Source of the DNA: Longimicrobiales bacterium
GTDB lineage: Bacteria; Gemmatimonadota; Gemmatimonadetes; Longimicrobiales; Gaopeijiaceae
Direction: 5' to 3'
Length of the DNA: 64,000 bases
Assembly (NCBI GenBank): GCA_965248195.1
Contig: CBDFIQ010000002.1
Span: 167,539-231,538 of the forward strand
This document shows, in pieces, positions 51,678 to 61,400 of the stretch (its first letter is position 1; each line of letters starts with the position of its first letter). The notes beneath the pieces were generated by a model. That model saw only the letters and a program-made list of their open reading frames with translations. It had not been told where the DNA came from and did no database searches. Made by a program: the position numbers and the translations under genes.

Positions 51678-52259
51678 ATGACGGTTGAACCGACACCGAG
51701 TACCCGATATTCGAATCGACCTTACGCGTATGCCTTGGTTGGGGTCGTTCTGCTCATCATTTTCGCCTGGTCGAACCAAGATCGCGTTCAGCCGGTGACC
51801 GTGGGAACCGTCGCTCCCGAATTCGAGGTCAATGATCTCGATGGCGGTCTCGCTCGCCTCAGCGACCACAACGGTGAGGTCGTATTGGTCAACATCTGGG
51901 CAACGTGGTGCCTCCCCTGCCGGGTTGAAATGCCCTCTATGGAGCGCCTCTATCAGGAAATCGGTGAGGACGGGTTCGAGATCATGGCGGTCAGCATCGA
52001 TGCCGAACTGGGCGGATTCGACCTTGCCGGCCGTCCTGGAGGGGACATTCAGGTCTTCGCTGACTCGCTCGGGCTGACGTTTCCGATGCTCCACGATCCC
52101 TCAGGGGGGATCGAGCGTCTGTATCGCACCACGGGCGTACCGGAGACGTTTCTGATCGGTCGGGACGGAATCATTTACAAGAAGGTGGCGGGCGGGACCG
52201 AGTGGCACGCGCCGCAGCACAAGGCTCTCATCCAGCGTCTACTGGCTGCTCCCAAGTGA
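51678..52259 (+). CDS. TlpA/ResA family thiol-disulfide oxidoreductase
   Basis: ORF 51678..52259. It has one TM segment, VLVNIWATWCLPCRVEMP (CxxC) and GVPETFLIGRDG. Confidence 0.85.
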   Translation: MTVEPTPSTRYSNRPYAYALVGVVLLIIFAWSNQDRVQPVTVGTVAPEFEVNDLDGGLARLSDHNGEVVLVNIWATWCLPCRVEMPSMERLYQEIGEDGFEIMAVSIDAELGGFDLAGRPGGDIQVFADSLGLTFPMLHDPSGGIERLYRTTGVPETFLIGRDGIIYKKVAGGTEWHAPQHKALIQRLLAAPK

Positions 52260-52289
52260 TTCCGCGTCCCTTGCGCAAGACTGGTTGAA

Positions 52290-53249
52290 ATGCCCCCCCA
52301 GCCTTTGTTGGGCCGCCTGGCCCGCGACGGCCGACTCAAGGTGGCGTCCTTAGGGCTGGCTCTTTTCCTCTGGGTTCTGGTCCGGCTTGGTGCCCCGGGC
52401 GAGCGTGATCTCATGGTTCCGATCAATATCCGGCTGGACGATCCGGCCTGGGTCGTGCGGGGGGATCCGGTTCCGGCCACCGTGCTCGTCCGCTTCCGCG
52501 GCCCTCCAACCGAGATCTTCCGTCTCACCGGGTTGGCCGGTATGTCGGTGGCCGTGCCTATCACGGAAGTGTCGGGGGAGGAGATGGTGATCCCGCTCCA
52601 ACCGGGGTGGGTGCCGGTGGACGGATACCGGGGTGTGCAGGTGGAGGACATCGTTCCCAGCGCGATCAACCTTTCTCTCGATCGGTTGGTAACGAGGAAC
52701 ATTCCGGTTCGCGTCAGCACCCGCGGAAGATTGCCGGAGCACCTTGCTCTGGCCCGTGCGCCCTCCTTGACGCCCAGCCTTGTTCGGGTGAACGGACCGG
52801 CGAGACTCGTAGAGAACCTCGACACTTTGGACATTGTCCCCGTGGCCCTCGGCGAGCTCGACGAGCAGGCCACCGTGGAGACCGTCGTGGATACGGCGGG
52901 AATGGGCCGAGTGACGGTCGAGCCCTACGTCCTCACACTGAGAATCCCGGCGGAGGAAACCATTGAGCGGGTGTTTGCCGGAGTTCCGGTCATCACCGAC
53001 CGGCTCTTGGGATATGGGCCGATCGAGGTTTTCCCCGAGTCCGTACAGGTCACCGTGACGGGTGCGCGCAGCCGCGTGTTAGCGACAGAGCCAAATTTCT
53101 TGAGAGCCGTGGTACCGGCCTCCGCGATTCAGGATCTCACTGAGGTTGAAATGCGCCGGGTTCCGATCGTGGTGGAGGGGGTTCCCCCCTACGTGTCTGT
53201 GGTGACGGGAGTCGACACGGTTGCGGTTCGCAGGCGGCTCGGGCTGTGA
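52290..53249 (+). CDS. YbbR-like (CdaR-type) domain protein
   Basis: ORF 52290..53249. It has an N-terminal TM segment (LKVASLGLALFLWVLV) and repeated beta-rich YbbR-like modules. Confidence 0.6.
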   Translation: MPPQPLLGRLARDGRLKVASLGLALFLWVLVRLGAPGERDLMVPINIRLDDPAWVVRGDPVPATVLVRFRGPPTEIFRLTGLAGMSVAVPITEVSGEEMVIPLQPGWVPVDGYRGVQVEDIVPSAINLSLDRLVTRNIPVRVSTRGRLPEHLALARAPSLTPSLVRVNGPARLVENLDTLDIVPVALGELDEQATVETVVDTAGMGRVTVEPYVLTLRIPAEETIERVFAGVPVITDRLLGYGPIEVFPESVQVTVTGARSRVLATEPNFLRAVVPASAIQDLTEVEMRRVPIVVEGVPPYVSVVTGVDTVAVRRRLGL

Positions 53250-54298
53250 GCGGTCCGCTCATTCTGGGCCTTGAGACCAGTTGTGACGAAACCTCCGCAG
53301 CGGTCTTGAAGGCCCCCGACACCCTCAAGGGCCATGTGATCTACTCTCAGGACGAGCACGCCTTGTATGGCGGTGTCGTTCCGGAGATTGCGGCGCGTGC
53401 CCACGTGCAGCGTATCGACGATGTGGTCGATCGGGCGCTGAGGGAGGCGGGTTGCGTCATGAGCGACTTAGACGCTGTGGCCGTCACGGCGGGCCCCGGG
53501 CTCATCGGCGCACTCTTGGTGGGTGTCTGCTGGGCGAAGGCTGCCGCCTTCGCTCTGGCGAGGCCACTCGTGACCGTCCACCACATGGAGGCCCATCTCT
53601 TCGCCCCCTCCCTTGAAAACCCTGAAGCTGTGCCGCCGTTCGTGGCGTTGCTCGTCTCGGGGGGTCATACCTTACTCCTTTACGTGCCGGAGTGGGGCAC
53701 CTACCACTTGTTGGGGGAAACCCGGGATGACGCGGCCGGTGAGGCTTTCGACAAGGTCGCGAGGCTTCTCGGCATGCCGTACCCCGGTGGACCGGCCATA
53801 GAAGCAGCGGCATCCGGGGGTGACCAGGCACGCTACCACCTTCCTCGGCCGATGCTACGACGGAATCAGAGTCCCGGCGACGACGATTTCTACGATTTCT
53901 CGTTCAGTGGGTTGAAGACGGCCGTGGTGACCCTGGTCGGTGAGATCGAGGCAGATCGGCCGCTCGACCCTGAGAGGGACGACGTTGCGGCGTCATTCCA
54001 GGAGGCGGTAGCAGATGTCCTGACCGAGAAGACCATGCGTGCGGTGGAAGAAAAGGACTGCGCACGCGTACTTCTCGGGGGTGGGGTGGCAGCCAACGGG
54101 AGACTGCGTGAAGCGTTGGCAAGGCGGCTCGAGCCAGATGGCTTGCTCCTAAATGCGTCTCCACGGCTTTCACTGGACAATGGTGCGATGGTGGCGAAGG
54201 CAGGGGCGTTTCGCCTGGAGCGAGGAGAGGTGGCGTCGCTGGACGCCTCGGCGGATCCTAACTTGCCCTTCCCCGGATTGATGAAGGCTTCCGCCTGA
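53246..54298 (+). CDS. tsaD: tRNA N6-adenosine threonylcarbamoyltransferase
   Basis: ORF 53246..54298. The GTG start overlaps the upstream stop (GTGA). It contains ILGLETSCDETSAAV, VHHMEAHL and SGGHT. Confidence 0.95.
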   Translation: MSGPLILGLETSCDETSAAVLKAPDTLKGHVIYSQDEHALYGGVVPEIAARAHVQRIDDVVDRALREAGCVMSDLDAVAVTAGPGLIGALLVGVCWAKAAAFALARPLVTVHHMEAHLFAPSLENPEAVPPFVALLVSGGHTLLLYVPEWGTYHLLGETRDDAAGEAFDKVARLLGMPYPGGPAIEAAASGGDQARYHLPRPMLRRNQSPGDDDFYDFSFSGLKTAVVTLVGEIEADRPLDPERDDVAASFQEAVADVLTEKTMRAVEEKDCARVLLGGGVAANGRLREALARRLEPDGLLLNASPRLSLDNGAMVAKAGAFRLERGEVASLDASADPNLPFPGLMKASA

Positions 54299-54345
54299 GC
54301 GTGCCCTCGGACCCGAACCCCGAACCCTGAACTAGGACGCTGAGC

Positions 54346-55203
54346 TTGTATCCGATCTTCTTCCGTCTCCCGAGTTGGCTGCCCTTCATGGGCGGGGAGC
54401 CGATCACATCCTTCGGCGTGTTCATGTTCCTTTCCTTCCTTACAGGGGGCGTGCTGCTGCGATCCGAGATGGAGCGCACAGGACATGATCCGGAGCGAGC
54501 CTGGGATCTGGTGTTCATGGCGGTCCTGGGGGGCGTCATTGGAGCCAAGATCTACTACGTGCTCCTCAACTACGAGGCGCTTCTGGCCAATCCGTTTTCG
54601 GCCATTTTTTCACGGGGTGGAATGGTGTGGTACGGGGGATTCGCGGGGGCGCTTCTTCTCATCGTCTACGAGATCAAGCGGAGGGCTTTGCCACTCGGAA
54701 AGATGGCGGACCTCTGTTCCCCGACACTCGCCATCGGGTATGCCGTTGGCCGGATGGGTTGTTTCCTGGTCGGAGACGACTACGGGCGTCCCACCGCCTC
54801 CTGGTTCGGGATCGCGTTTCCGCGCGGCACGCCACCCACACGAGTGGAGGAGTTCGAGAGCCACTTCGGTGTTCAAGTCGATCCGACCATCGTTGAACGC
54901 TTCGGGCAGGTCGTTCCGGTGCACCCCACCCAACTTTACGAGATTGCGATGGCCTCCCTCATCTTTCTCGTTCTCTGGAAGCTCCGGGTCCACAACCACG
55001 GAGCGGGATGGCTCTGGTGGATTTGTTTGACGCTGCTCAGCGCCGAGCGCTTCCTTGTGGAGTTCGTTCGGGTCAAGGACGACCGCTTTCTCGGTCCCCT
55101 CACTCTTGCTCAGGGCATCGCGTTTATGCTCGCGCTCCTCGGTCTATGGGGGGTCGGCCGAACCTGGTCCGCAGGAGGAAAGTCCAAAGGAGTCGAAGCC
55201 TGA
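54346..55203 (+). CDS. lgt: Prolipoprotein diacylglyceryl transferase
   Basis: ORF 54346..55203 with a TTG start. It contains GGMVWYGGFAG, GRMGCFLVGDDYGRP and HPTQLYE. Confidence 0.9.
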   Translation: MYPIFFRLPSWLPFMGGEPITSFGVFMFLSFLTGGVLLRSEMERTGHDPERAWDLVFMAVLGGVIGAKIYYVLLNYEALLANPFSAIFSRGGMVWYGGFAGALLLIVYEIKRRALPLGKMADLCSPTLAIGYAVGRMGCFLVGDDYGRPTASWFGIAFPRGTPPTRVEEFESHFGVQVDPTIVERFGQVVPVHPTQLYEIAMASLIFLVLWKLRVHNHGAGWLWWICLTLLSAERFLVEFVRVKDDRFLGPLTLAQGIAFMLALLGLWGVGRTWSAGGKSKGVEA

Positions 55204-55227
55204 CGAATCGGGCAGGATGAGGCAAGA

Positions 55228-56043
55228 ATGCTGACGGTCCTACACGGGTCGGACGTACACTTTGGCAAACCTCATCGCCCGAGCGTAGCCACCGCCTTTC
55301 TCGAGATGGCGCGCACTGTGGCGCCCGATGTGATCGTCTTGGCGGGAGACTTCACGCAGCGGGCGAAGGTGCGAGAGTATGAGCAGGCCCGAACCTTCCT
55401 CCGGCAGGTTCAGGATGTGCCCGTTGTCGTCACGCCGGGGAACCACGACATCCCGCTCTACCGGGTCCTCGAGCGCCTTTTTGCTCCATTTCGGAATTAC
55501 CGGGCGTTCATCTCGGAGGAACTCGATACCGCCACCCGGGTCGGCGCAGCGGTTCTCGTGGCGTTGAACTCCGCGGAACCTCACCGAAGACTCGTCAACG
55601 GACGCATCGAGGATCGTCAACTTCGATTTCTCGCACGCATCTTTCGGGAAACATTTGATGCGGATGTCCGTATCGTAGTGACGCACCATGCGTTTGCCCC
55701 TCCGCCGGACGGTGGATGGGACGCGCCCCTCCCGGGAGGCGGCGCCATCCTGGACCGGTTCCGGGAGTTGGGAGTGGATTTGGTTCTCAGTGGGCATTTT
55801 CATCGCGGCTTTGTGACGCGTTCGTCCGATGTGAGGCCGGGCCATCGGGGCCACGGCGATATCGCGATCGTCCACAGCGGAACCGCTGCCTCTAGCCGGG
55901 GCCGAGCGGCCGAGAAAGGGGAAAACAGTGTGAACGTGTTGAAGGTCGACCGAGAAAAAATCGAAGTGATTCCTCACTGGTTCGAGAAAGACAGATCGGG
56001 GTTCGCGGCGCGCGAGCCCATCACCATCTGGCGCATCGAATGA
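55228..56043 (+). CDS. Calcineurin-like metallophosphoesterase
   Basis: ORF 55228..56043. It contains HGSDVHFG, LAGDFT, TPGNHD and VTHHA motifs. Confidence 0.85.
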   Translation: MLTVLHGSDVHFGKPHRPSVATAFLEMARTVAPDVIVLAGDFTQRAKVREYEQARTFLRQVQDVPVVVTPGNHDIPLYRVLERLFAPFRNYRAFISEELDTATRVGAAVLVALNSAEPHRRLVNGRIEDRQLRFLARIFRETFDADVRIVVTHHAFAPPPDGGWDAPLPGGGAILDRFRELGVDLVLSGHFHRGFVTRSSDVRPGHRGHGDIAIVHSGTAASSRGRAAEKGENSVNVLKVDREKIEVIPHWFEKDRSGFAAREPITIWRIE

Positions 56044-56240
56044 CCAGATTCTTCGTGCGGAGGGAGGCGGGAATCCACGAAACGGTGGGGGCGCTGGCCG
56101 TCGCCTTGGGTATCGGCGGCTTGTCTTTCTATCTGGCCCGGATGCTTCTCGCTCGCGATGATTTGGAATCCAAAGCTCCGCCGCACGTGGCCGGGGACTC
56201 CGAACGTCTCCGGCCCGCTGGAAGCGAGGGGGCTAGGTAA
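56040..56240 (+). CDS. Small hypothetical membrane protein (66 aa)
   Basis: ORF 56040..56240. Its ATG overlaps the upstream stop (ATGA). It has one TM segment (VGALAVALGIGGLSFYLARMLL). Confidence 0.45.
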   Translation: MTRFFVRREAGIHETVGALAVALGIGGLSFYLARMLLARDDLESKAPPHVAGDSERLRPAGSEGAR

Positions 56241-56247
56241 AGAGCGC

Positions 56248-58473
56248 ATGCGGATCTCGTTCGCCCGCATCTTGTTGATCCTGCTGGTGGCTCGGGCACC
56301 CCTCCTCGGCCAGGCGCCCCCCCTCGAGGTCTTGAGCATCGACTTTCTGGGTAACGAGGCGTTTCCGGCGGATTCGCTCGCGCGCACGATCGTCAATCGT
56401 GAGACGAGGTGCCGTTCCTTCTCGGTGTTCGGGCTCTTCTGTCCCTTTGGTGCCCAGCGCGAAGTGCTGAATGAGCCGGAGTTGGCGCGGGATGTCCTAC
56501 GGCTCACCAACTTCTACAGCATCCGTGGGTTTCGAGATACCCGGATCGATACATTGATCGTGCGTCCCTCGGAGGAGGCCGTGGAGCTGTCCTTTCAGAT
56601 CGATGAAGGGCCACCTGTGCGAATTGCGAGCCTCACGGTAGAGGGCGCGGACGTTTTCGAGGAGTTCGACCCAACCGCTGGACTCCCGATCCAGGTGGGG
56701 GGCTTACTCAATGCGATCGATCTCGGGGCGACCCGAGATTCTCTGATCCAGCGGTTCCGAAACCGCGGCTACCCCCGTGCGGACGTATCCCGTTCGTGGC
56801 GCCTGCCCGCGGTGAGTCCATACCAGGCGCATGTGACCTTCGAGGTCGATACGGGGCCGCATTCCGTTTTCGGACCCATCACCCTCGTCGGCAACGAAGA
56901 GCTCGACGATGATGTGATTCGCCAGTTACTCCCATTCGAGGAGGGACAGGAATATTCCGAGGTGCGTACGCTCGACGCGCAACGGAACCTGTTCTCCATC
57001 GAGATGGTCCGGCGCGCATCGATCGTCGAGGTGGTGGATCCGGCGGGCGTCGTGCCTGACAGTGTGATCCCACTCCAGGTACGGATCACAGAGGCGGAGA
57101 TTCACAATGTGCGCTTTGGTGGGGGATGGAGCACTCTGGAGTGCGGGAACCTGGAAGGACGTTGGACGAGCCGAAACTTCTATGGCGGAGCGAGACGATT
57201 CCAGCTCCGAGGGCGTGTGTCCAACCTGGCGGCCGAGCCACTCGAGGAAAGCGTTTGTCGCCAAGCCGGCATCGACGAGTTCGGAGGGCTGAACTGGCTG
57301 CTGGCGGCGGAATTTTCACAACCACTGATCCGTCGGAGCGTGGCCTTCGGGCTCAACCTGTTCTGGGAGCGCCAGAGCGTCCAGAACGTGTTCGTTCGCG
57401 AGGCCGTGGGTGTGGACCTCTCTCTCTATCAGGCGGTTGCCGCGAACACGTCCGTCACCTTCGCGTACCGCCCTGAACTCACCAAACTGGAGGCGGCCTC
57501 GGTCTTCTTTTGCACGTCAGTCCAAGTCTGTACGCCCGAGGACATCGCCAGCCTCCAGGAATCGAACTGGTTGGCCCCGCTCTCCGTCAACATCGTACAT
57601 TCGAACACGAACAACGTTCTGAACCCCACTCGCGGATACCAAGTCGTGCTCAACTTCGAGCACTCATCCACCCTGACCGGTTCCGACTTTCAGTACAATC
57701 GGGCGTTGGGCGAGGCGACGGCCTACCTAACAACAGGGCGTGGCAAAGTCCTGGCAGCTCGGGTCCGGGCGGGATGGGTCGGCGCGGGCACGTTCACCTT
57801 GTTCGTGGCACGAGCCAATGTCATACACCCCCAGAAGAGGTTCTTCTCGGGGGGGGGGGATAGTGTCCGGGGGTTCGCGCAGAACCAACTCGGCCCGAGA
57901 GTGCTCACCGTAGATCCTTCTCGGCTCCTGTTCCCGAAGGATGGCACAGGGGAGGTGCCCTGCACTCCCGCCGAGGTCATGCACCTCACGTGTAACGCCA
58001 ACACGTTGCGGGACGTGGCCTTCGGAACACCGCGGCCCATCGGCGGCGGCGTCGTGCTCGAGGGTGGCGTCGAGTACCGGATGGCGTTGGAACGGAATCT
58101 GGAAGCCGCCATCTTTACCGACTTCGGACGGATCTGGACGGCACCAGGGTCGGGTAAGGTGAGCGGACTCGAGATTTCCCCGGGAGTTGGGATCCGGTAT
58201 CTGAGTCCTGCCGGGCCCATTCGTGTGGACTTGGGGTACCGATTCCGTGGCATCGAGCCGTTGCAGGTCGTAACCACCCAGATCCGTCCGTTCGAGGCAG
58301 GCGACGATCCCACCGACAGGGTCAGCGGCATTGTAGGCGACCAAGAAGAGGTGATCGATTACGTGGCCACGGAGGACCTCGCGGTGCTCGATCCGAGAAT
58401 CTTCTATGGTCCGCGGGCTGGCTTCTCCCTCAAGCGTTTTCAGATCCATCTCAGCATCGGACAGGCGTTCTAG
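56248..58473 (+). CDS. BamA/TamA family outer-membrane protein (POTRA domains plus Omp85 barrel)
   Basis: ORF 56158..58473, with ATG at 56248 and a signal peptide (MRISFARILLILLVARAPLLGQ). It has POTRA-like repeats and a barrel ending in RFQIHLSIGQAF. Confidence 0.85.
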   Translation: MRISFARILLILLVARAPLLGQAPPLEVLSIDFLGNEAFPADSLARTIVNRETRCRSFSVFGLFCPFGAQREVLNEPELARDVLRLTNFYSIRGFRDTRIDTLIVRPSEEAVELSFQIDEGPPVRIASLTVEGADVFEEFDPTAGLPIQVGGLLNAIDLGATRDSLIQRFRNRGYPRADVSRSWRLPAVSPYQAHVTFEVDTGPHSVFGPITLVGNEELDDDVIRQLLPFEEGQEYSEVRTLDAQRNLFSIEMVRRASIVEVVDPAGVVPDSVIPLQVRITEAEIHNVRFGGGWSTLECGNLEGRWTSRNFYGGARRFQLRGRVSNLAAEPLEESVCRQAGIDEFGGLNWLLAAEFSQPLIRRSVAFGLNLFWERQSVQNVFVREAVGVDLSLYQAVAANTSVTFAYRPELTKLEAASVFFCTSVQVCTPEDIASLQESNWLAPLSVNIVHSNTNNVLNPTRGYQVVLNFEHSSTLTGSDFQYNRALGEATAYLTTGRGKVLAARVRAGWVGAGTFTLFVARANVIHPQKRFFSGGGDSVRGFAQNQLGPRVLTVDPSRLLFPKDGTGEVPCTPAEVMHLTCNANTLRDVAFGTPRPIGGGVVLEGGVEYRMALERNLEAAIFTDFGRIWTAPGSGKVSGLEISPGVGIRYLSPAGPIRVDLGYRFRGIEPLQVVTTQIRPFEAGDDPTDRVSGIVGDQEEVIDYVATEDLAVLDPRIFYGPRAGFSLKRFQIHLSIGQAF

Positions 58474-61400
58474 TGTCCAAGACGCGACGGCTTCGGGCGA
58501 GGAAGGTGTTGAAGATGGTGGCCGGTGTTCTGATGACGCTCGGTGTAGGAGCGATCGCCGGCGTGGTTATCCTCACCCTCACGAGCGCCGGGCAGACGTT
58601 CGTGATGGAGCAGGCGCTCAGGCGAATCGAGGGGACCCTCAATGGCGAGATCACGGTTTCCGGCTTGCGGTCTCCGGGACTCCACAGAGGAGTCCGTCTG
58701 CTCGGGCTTCGGTTAACGGCGCCGGACGGGAGTTCACTATTGGCAGTGGACTCGGTCGACGCCGAATACTCCCTCCGGACGATACTGAGCGGCGAGCTCG
58801 CTCTTGCCGGCGTCACCCTCTGGCGGCCCAGACTCACCATCACGAAGCAGGCTCCGGATCAGCCGGTCAATCTTGCGGCCTTCCTGTACGGCGATGGGTC
58901 GCCGGCGCAGAAGCTTGGTGCCGGAGGGGGGCCGGCCGAGGCTGCGGTGAGGTTCCTTCTCGACGTGGTCGAGATCCAGGACGGCAGCGTCGAGGTACGT
59001 TATCCAGTCCCGGCCTCACGAGATCCTTCTTCGCGCTTGATGACGGAGCCCGGACCGGCCGGACAGGGTGTCCAGCGGGTCTTCAGTTTCCATGGAATCG
59101 ACGGTCGCTTCGACGGGGTGGTGGTGGCTGATCCGGCCGTGGAGGGTATCCGGATGAACGTGACCGGTCTCAGCTTCGTAGGTGAGGTCTTTGAAGAGCC
59201 GGTCCAGGTCCAGGATTTTGATGGAACATTCGCCTGGTCCGGGAACCGGATCTTGGTCGAAGCTGAAACGGTGAGCCTCCTAAGTGGCACCGCCAGCGGA
59301 TCTGCGGCCATCGAGTTGGTCGAGGGTAGTGTGCCCGATCTCACCGTCGACGCGCTCCTGGACGGCGTGGATCTACCCGAGTTGCGGTGGCTCGAACCTC
59401 GCTTGCCCGATGCTCGCGCCAGTGGGCGGCTTGCGGTGGGGTTCGGATCTCAGGGTCTGCGTGCGAGCTGGTCGGGTGCGAGGCTTGCGATCGGCGGAGG
59501 CGAAATCGAGGCGGACGGTGCGCTGAGCCAGGCCTCGGGCGGAGAGTTGGCCCTCGAGGACGTCACCCTGGAGGTTTCCGCGGTACGGGTGTCCGCCCTG
59601 GAGAAGTTCATATCGGTCACACTACCCCCGGAGGGACGGCTGTCCGGAAACCTAGAGATCTCCGGCACGATGGACTCTGTGGCCGTGTCCGGTCGAATGG
59701 ACTTATTGGAACCAGGCGTGAGTCCGACGAGCGGAGAGATCGATGGCGTGCTTCACCTTCGGCGTCCGCGGGGCGTCACCGGAATGACGGCTCGGCTGAC
59801 GGCCCTGGATCTAGGTCTCGTCAATCGGATGGCCGAAGGGCTGATGGTGGATGGCGCCGTGAATCTCGAGATTCGGGCGGATGGTTGGCTGGAAACCGGC
59901 GTTCGGGTGGTCGTGGTGACCACCTTTCCGGAACCCGACCCGGAGGAATCCTACGTTTCGCTCGAGGGAAGCCTCACGGAGGTCGATGGGGAACTTCAAA
60001 TCGCGCTCGATGGCGAGCTCGATCCTTTCTCGATTGCGGATGTCGTTAGCGACGATTCGCCCCTCTCCCGGCTCGGATTAATACGCGGAACGGTTCATGC
60101 CGAGGGGTCTCTGTCGGACCTCATGCTCCGGAGCGACCTGACGACCGAGGAAGGCCGGCTCACTCTGGAGAGCCGCTTCGATGCCCGATCCCCGTTCGCA
60201 TCCTATCGGCTTCGGGGCGAAGCCGACGATTTCGATCCCCTGGAGGTGGCTCCCTGGCTCGCCGGAGGCACCCTACTGTCCGGCTCCTTCGATCTCTTGG
60301 GTGAGGGTGGTGATCTGAGGATGGCAGAACTGGTCGGGACCCTTTGGCTCCAGGAGTCACGTTTCGCGAACCTGCCGGTCGACAGCGTTTCGATCGAGCT
60401 GCGGATCTTGAACGGAATCGTCACCGTGGACGACGTTCAGGGTCGGATCGGGGGCGTGGTGGTGGAGGGGGGCGGCCAACTTGCGGTAGCAGGGAATGCC
60501 GGCCTCGAGGCTGTTCGACTGAGCTTCGAGACAGGAAGCCTCGAAGGCCTTCGTCCGCTTCTGCGCGGTGGCGACGTGATCGCGGGCGATACGCTCACGG
60601 TGCTGGAGCGCCAGATTCTCGAGTTCGAGGGCATCGATCCGGACACGCTCCGGACGCTCGCCGAGGTGATGGTCTCAGGGAGGATGGCAGGTGAGCTGAC
60701 GATGACGGGTTCAGTCGAAAACCTCTCGATCATCGGGCGAGCAGCGGTGGACGACGCCCTTTATGTGGGGAATCGCGTGGGGCAAGCCGAGGTCTCTTTT
60801 TCGGCGACGAACCTTTTTTCTCCCGAGCGCGAGGTGTCTGCTCAGATCGATGCGGGTGCGATACGCGTTCTTCAGAGAGAGTTCGATTCGGTTTCGGTGA
60901 ACGTCCGCTATCGAGAGCCGAGCGGGAACGTGAATGTGTTCCTGGTCCGATCCCCGGAAGAGAGCTATTCGGGCCTCCTCACCTTTGACGAGGAGGGTGA
61001 CGTACGCACGCTACACTTGGATGAATTGGTGTTCCGCTTCCCGGAGGAGCGCTGGAATCTCGGTGCACCCGCTACCATCTCGTGGGATCCGGACGGCCTC
61101 ACGTTCAGAGATTTCCGGCTGAGGCGTCCCGGAGTGGGCGGCATGCGGCTGCGGGCTCAAGGGCGGATTCCGTTCTATGGAGAGGCCGATTTTGGGCTGG
61201 AGGCCGAGGCTCTCGACATCCGTCTCATCGCTCATGCCCTTCAGTTGGATGAGGTGCTCGAGGGCGTCGTCGATCTGGAATTTAATGTGATGGGCACGGA
61301 TGACGAGCCTGTGATGGACCTGGCCCTCTCGACCGATGGCTTTCGTTTCCGGGACTACGCGCTCGACCGGATCGAAGCTGAAGTGGCCTACACAGGCCGA